Below, one piece after another: positions 61,201-64,000 of a stretch of DNA of 64,000 nucleotides (position 1 is the first letter of the stretch; every line of letters begins with the position of its first letter). The DNA lies in assembly GCA_965203295.1 (NCBI GenBank), contig CBDBCZ010000013.1, positions 832,001 through 896,000 on the forward strand. Direction: 5' to 3'. Source of the DNA: Nitrospirales bacterium (GTDB taxonomy: Bacteria; Nitrospirota; Nitrospiria; Nitrospirales; UBA8639). The notes beneath the pieces were generated by a model. That model was given only the letters and a program-made list of their open reading frames with translations. It did no database searches and was not told the DNA's origin. The position numbers were made by a program, and so were the translations under genes.

Positions 61201-63048
61201 CTTACACGTACCACTTGTTGGGTCGAATGGATCACTAATGCTGCCTGCAACAGCACCAATACTTGGCACTTCAGCAATGACTGTAATGCGCAAATTACTA
61301 TCACATGTGTCCAGGTCTCCATTAATTGCAGACAAAGATATCATATTGGAAGTAGTTGAGCTGGTGTCGGGCCCACCAGGTCTACCAGTCACAGATACGG
61401 TGTACTCAATACTACAGTCACCAGGGTCTACAGGAGCACCATTAGGGCGATTCCACTCAATAGAGTCAGCACCACTTCTGCGAACACCACTAACACGACC
61501 CAGAGCTGCAGAAAGAACACAACACAGACTTTAACACTGCATGTTGCTAAGTATACCAATAGACTATCAGACATAATATTATTGTACACAACTGTTACTA
61601 CAGTCATGCTGCAACTCATATCATACACTCACCTGAGAGGGTTATAGTAGCAGACGTTAATTCACTGGGACAGATGTTACCTCCGTTTGCTTCAGCCCTG
61701 TACATGTAACTGTTATCACACAAATTGAGGCCACAAATTTCAGCTTCCAAGTCACTAGCATCATCACTCGTGCTCTCAGCGAAAACGTTGCCATCAAAAA
61801 TTGCCTCTACTTTGTAGTTGGTAATGCCAGTTGTGCCAGCTAGAGCCTGCAGAGTTGCTGTTACACACCCATATGTTGTGGGAGAGTCCTCAACAGTGGT
61901 GATTATAAGGTTGTCTGCAATCAAAGAGCAGCTATAATAACATGAGCTCATTATACATCCTCATGCTGCATACATCAGACAAATGATAGCACAAGAATGG
62001 TTGAATAGCTGTCCAATAAAACTGAATATTAGACAGTGCACGTAATAGTACATGTAAGTAAATCAGAAAAATGGTAGATGGATAGCTGTTCAATTACCAC
62101 TGGACAATAGACAGAGCACTTAATAGTAAATATACAACACAGTTATACTATGAGTGCACAATACAAGAACAATACTAGGCCTTAGCTAGCAGATTCAGTT
62201 TAGAGGCCTAATACAAGGTACTTTAAATTACAACTGAGGATGGAGAAGGGGTGAATAATATTGGATTACAGTTGCATAGCCAAATGAAAGAAACGACTGC
62301 AGCGGAGCACAGAATATTACACACATATTTATCTTCATAATTCCGTAGTTCTACTTTACATTCTAGTATTAATCAAGTTGTAGTCACACACCATGACCAT
62401 ACTGATCATGTGGTTGCTGTTTGAAGGCCTATAGCTTTAGTTTGGTGTTTTGCAGGAGGGATGAAGTCCAGGTCAAGTGTCCACTGGATGCTGTCATACA
62501 TGAATATATTTTACATAACACACAAGCTTGGAAATGAGTGCCACTACTACATCTTGGTTGCTACAAAATATGTGCCTTCTCTGCACGCTTGTGAATTAAT
62601 GCTAAATCTCAAATTGAGTATGTGCATGTAACCAAGGTCCCCCAGCAGCTGGTCTCCATGCGATACATAGACAATTACGTTAGCCTCACTACACTCACAA
62701 ATATGTGAAACTAACCAGAAATCTCAATGGTAAAATTTGAGTCTGGGACGACATCGCCTAAACCATCATGACATTGAATTCCAAGCCCATCAATGTCTTG
62801 TGTAGGTGTAAAACTTAGGCTACTAGTCACATCATTTCCAGAGACAGAGGTGACTGCTCCTGAGAATACTCCACAAGTACCAGTTGAAAGAGCATTAGCG
62901 TTCAATACAATTACATCTGGTGTGAACATTGCACTTGGACACTGATCAGTGAACGCTGAACCACTCCATGTTTGAGCAATAAGAGTGGTACAAGTAAAGG
63001 GCGAGGGATCATCAAGTTCTGATAGTGGAATGTCACGGCAGAGTGGTA
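58252..63048 (-). CDS. Type I single-pass receptor (5' partial): Ig-like + several FN3-like domains, TM helix, Tyr-motif cytoplasmic tail
   Basis: Exons 63048-62716, 61914-61633, 61505-61212, 60842-60748, 59651-59447, 59354-59040 and 58565-58252, all GT/AG and phase-compatible (~610 aa). Motifs FTC..QTW..IQC, IEWNRP..EYTVSV, LEPNTSYNF, TM IWIVAPIVVGVLLLIATGTLVGVCIYKKKRK. Confidence 0.85.
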
Positions 63049-64000
63049 CTGTAGTGTGTGTGTGTGTGTTGGGGGAAAAGAAGGAGCATAGGGGAAAGGT
63101 ATTGACTGGGTACTTCATTTATATCATGGGTCAGGTTTCAACTAGCTATATGCATACATTTGGCAGTGTAGTTATAATTACCAGCAAGCATTGTCCAAAT
63201 GTCTAAGGGCAAGGCAAGCTAGTGAACCATACAGCTACACATGTAGGTGTTTATGAAATGATTACCTGAATTGTTGGAATGATGGCAAATAATACCAGCA
63301 AAATTTATTTGATGAGCTATAGACACTCCACATACTGAATACACTCCCAAGTGTAAAGATATTTGGGGAAATAAATAAATAAATAAATAATTCACAGCGA
63401 CACTCGTGGCCTCTACAGATGAACCAACCTTCTTTTAGTGATATATGAATCATTTCTAGGAAAAATAACAATGGAAAAGTTCCGCACTCTCTTCGTTGCG
63501 GAGATATCGGTGAGAATTCTTCTATCGCCTTTCGAGTGGCAGCCATTTTGACGTTAACTCTCGCAATGAAAATTATGCGAGTAAGACTACGCGTATAATT
63601 ATAGCGCCTGCGCGTGGTATTTGGCGAGTGAATGGAACTCATGGAACTAGTTGCGCGGCTACTACTGCTTAGCTCTTGGCCAATGAATAGTCCCAAGCGT
63701 GAATTCAATGGTATGCAGTCCTGTAAGTGTAATTACATGTATAAACTAACTACAAGACAAGCCTAGCCCTGACCGGATGTGCTTTAAAAAGGGTCAGGAC
63801 TCTCGGTACCGTTGAACGGTGCCCCTTGTGGCTAGCTTGGGTGTTGCTGTGCAATAGCTATAGCCTACAGTAATAGTGTCATAGTATTGCTCACCACTAC
63901 AGAGTAATACATGTTAGTCTACCAGCTATAGATAAAAGCTTTGCATACTTTTTCCGGCACAAGTCATGCTATCTCTTGCTTGTGGTTTGTGGGGAGATGG

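Noticed and set aside
63262..63708. 148-aa ORF as the first exon of the Ig/FN3 receptor
   Set aside because: No signal peptide or convincing splice link; CpG-rich and repeat-like, so the 5' exon remains unlocated

Overview
Eukaryotic (metazoan) DNA; the gene families and the dense small palindromic repeats suggest a demosponge (inference). The window is an immune/receptor-like cluster. It holds: (1) a >1470-aa intronless beta-helix (Pmp-like GGA/FxxN) + Cys-rich + multi-TM gene running off the left edge; (2) three paralogs of a ~600-aa Cys-rich multi-TM gene, one intact and two disrupted; (3) two copies of an arylamine N-acetyltransferase + CARD/death-fold-NACHT-LRR (NLR) cassette from a ~15-kb tandem duplication whose junction gene is chimeric; (4) a 7-exon Ig/FN3 single-pass receptor with tyrosine motifs. 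Mobile elements are a complete young Ngaro-type tyrosine-recombinase retrotransposon nested in a hAT-like MITE, a full-length PHD-ORF1 LINE, a probable solo LTR and many MITEs/hairpins, most datable from empty sites in the duplicate copy. The most unusual signals are a U_UUU_UUA -1 frameshift site joining LINE ORF1 to an AUG-less ORF2, a probable spliced Ngaro gag whose intron contains an array of splice-donor-like repeats, and a non-RT coding insert carrying the LINE's 3' stem-loop tail. All calls come from manual reading; no searches were run.
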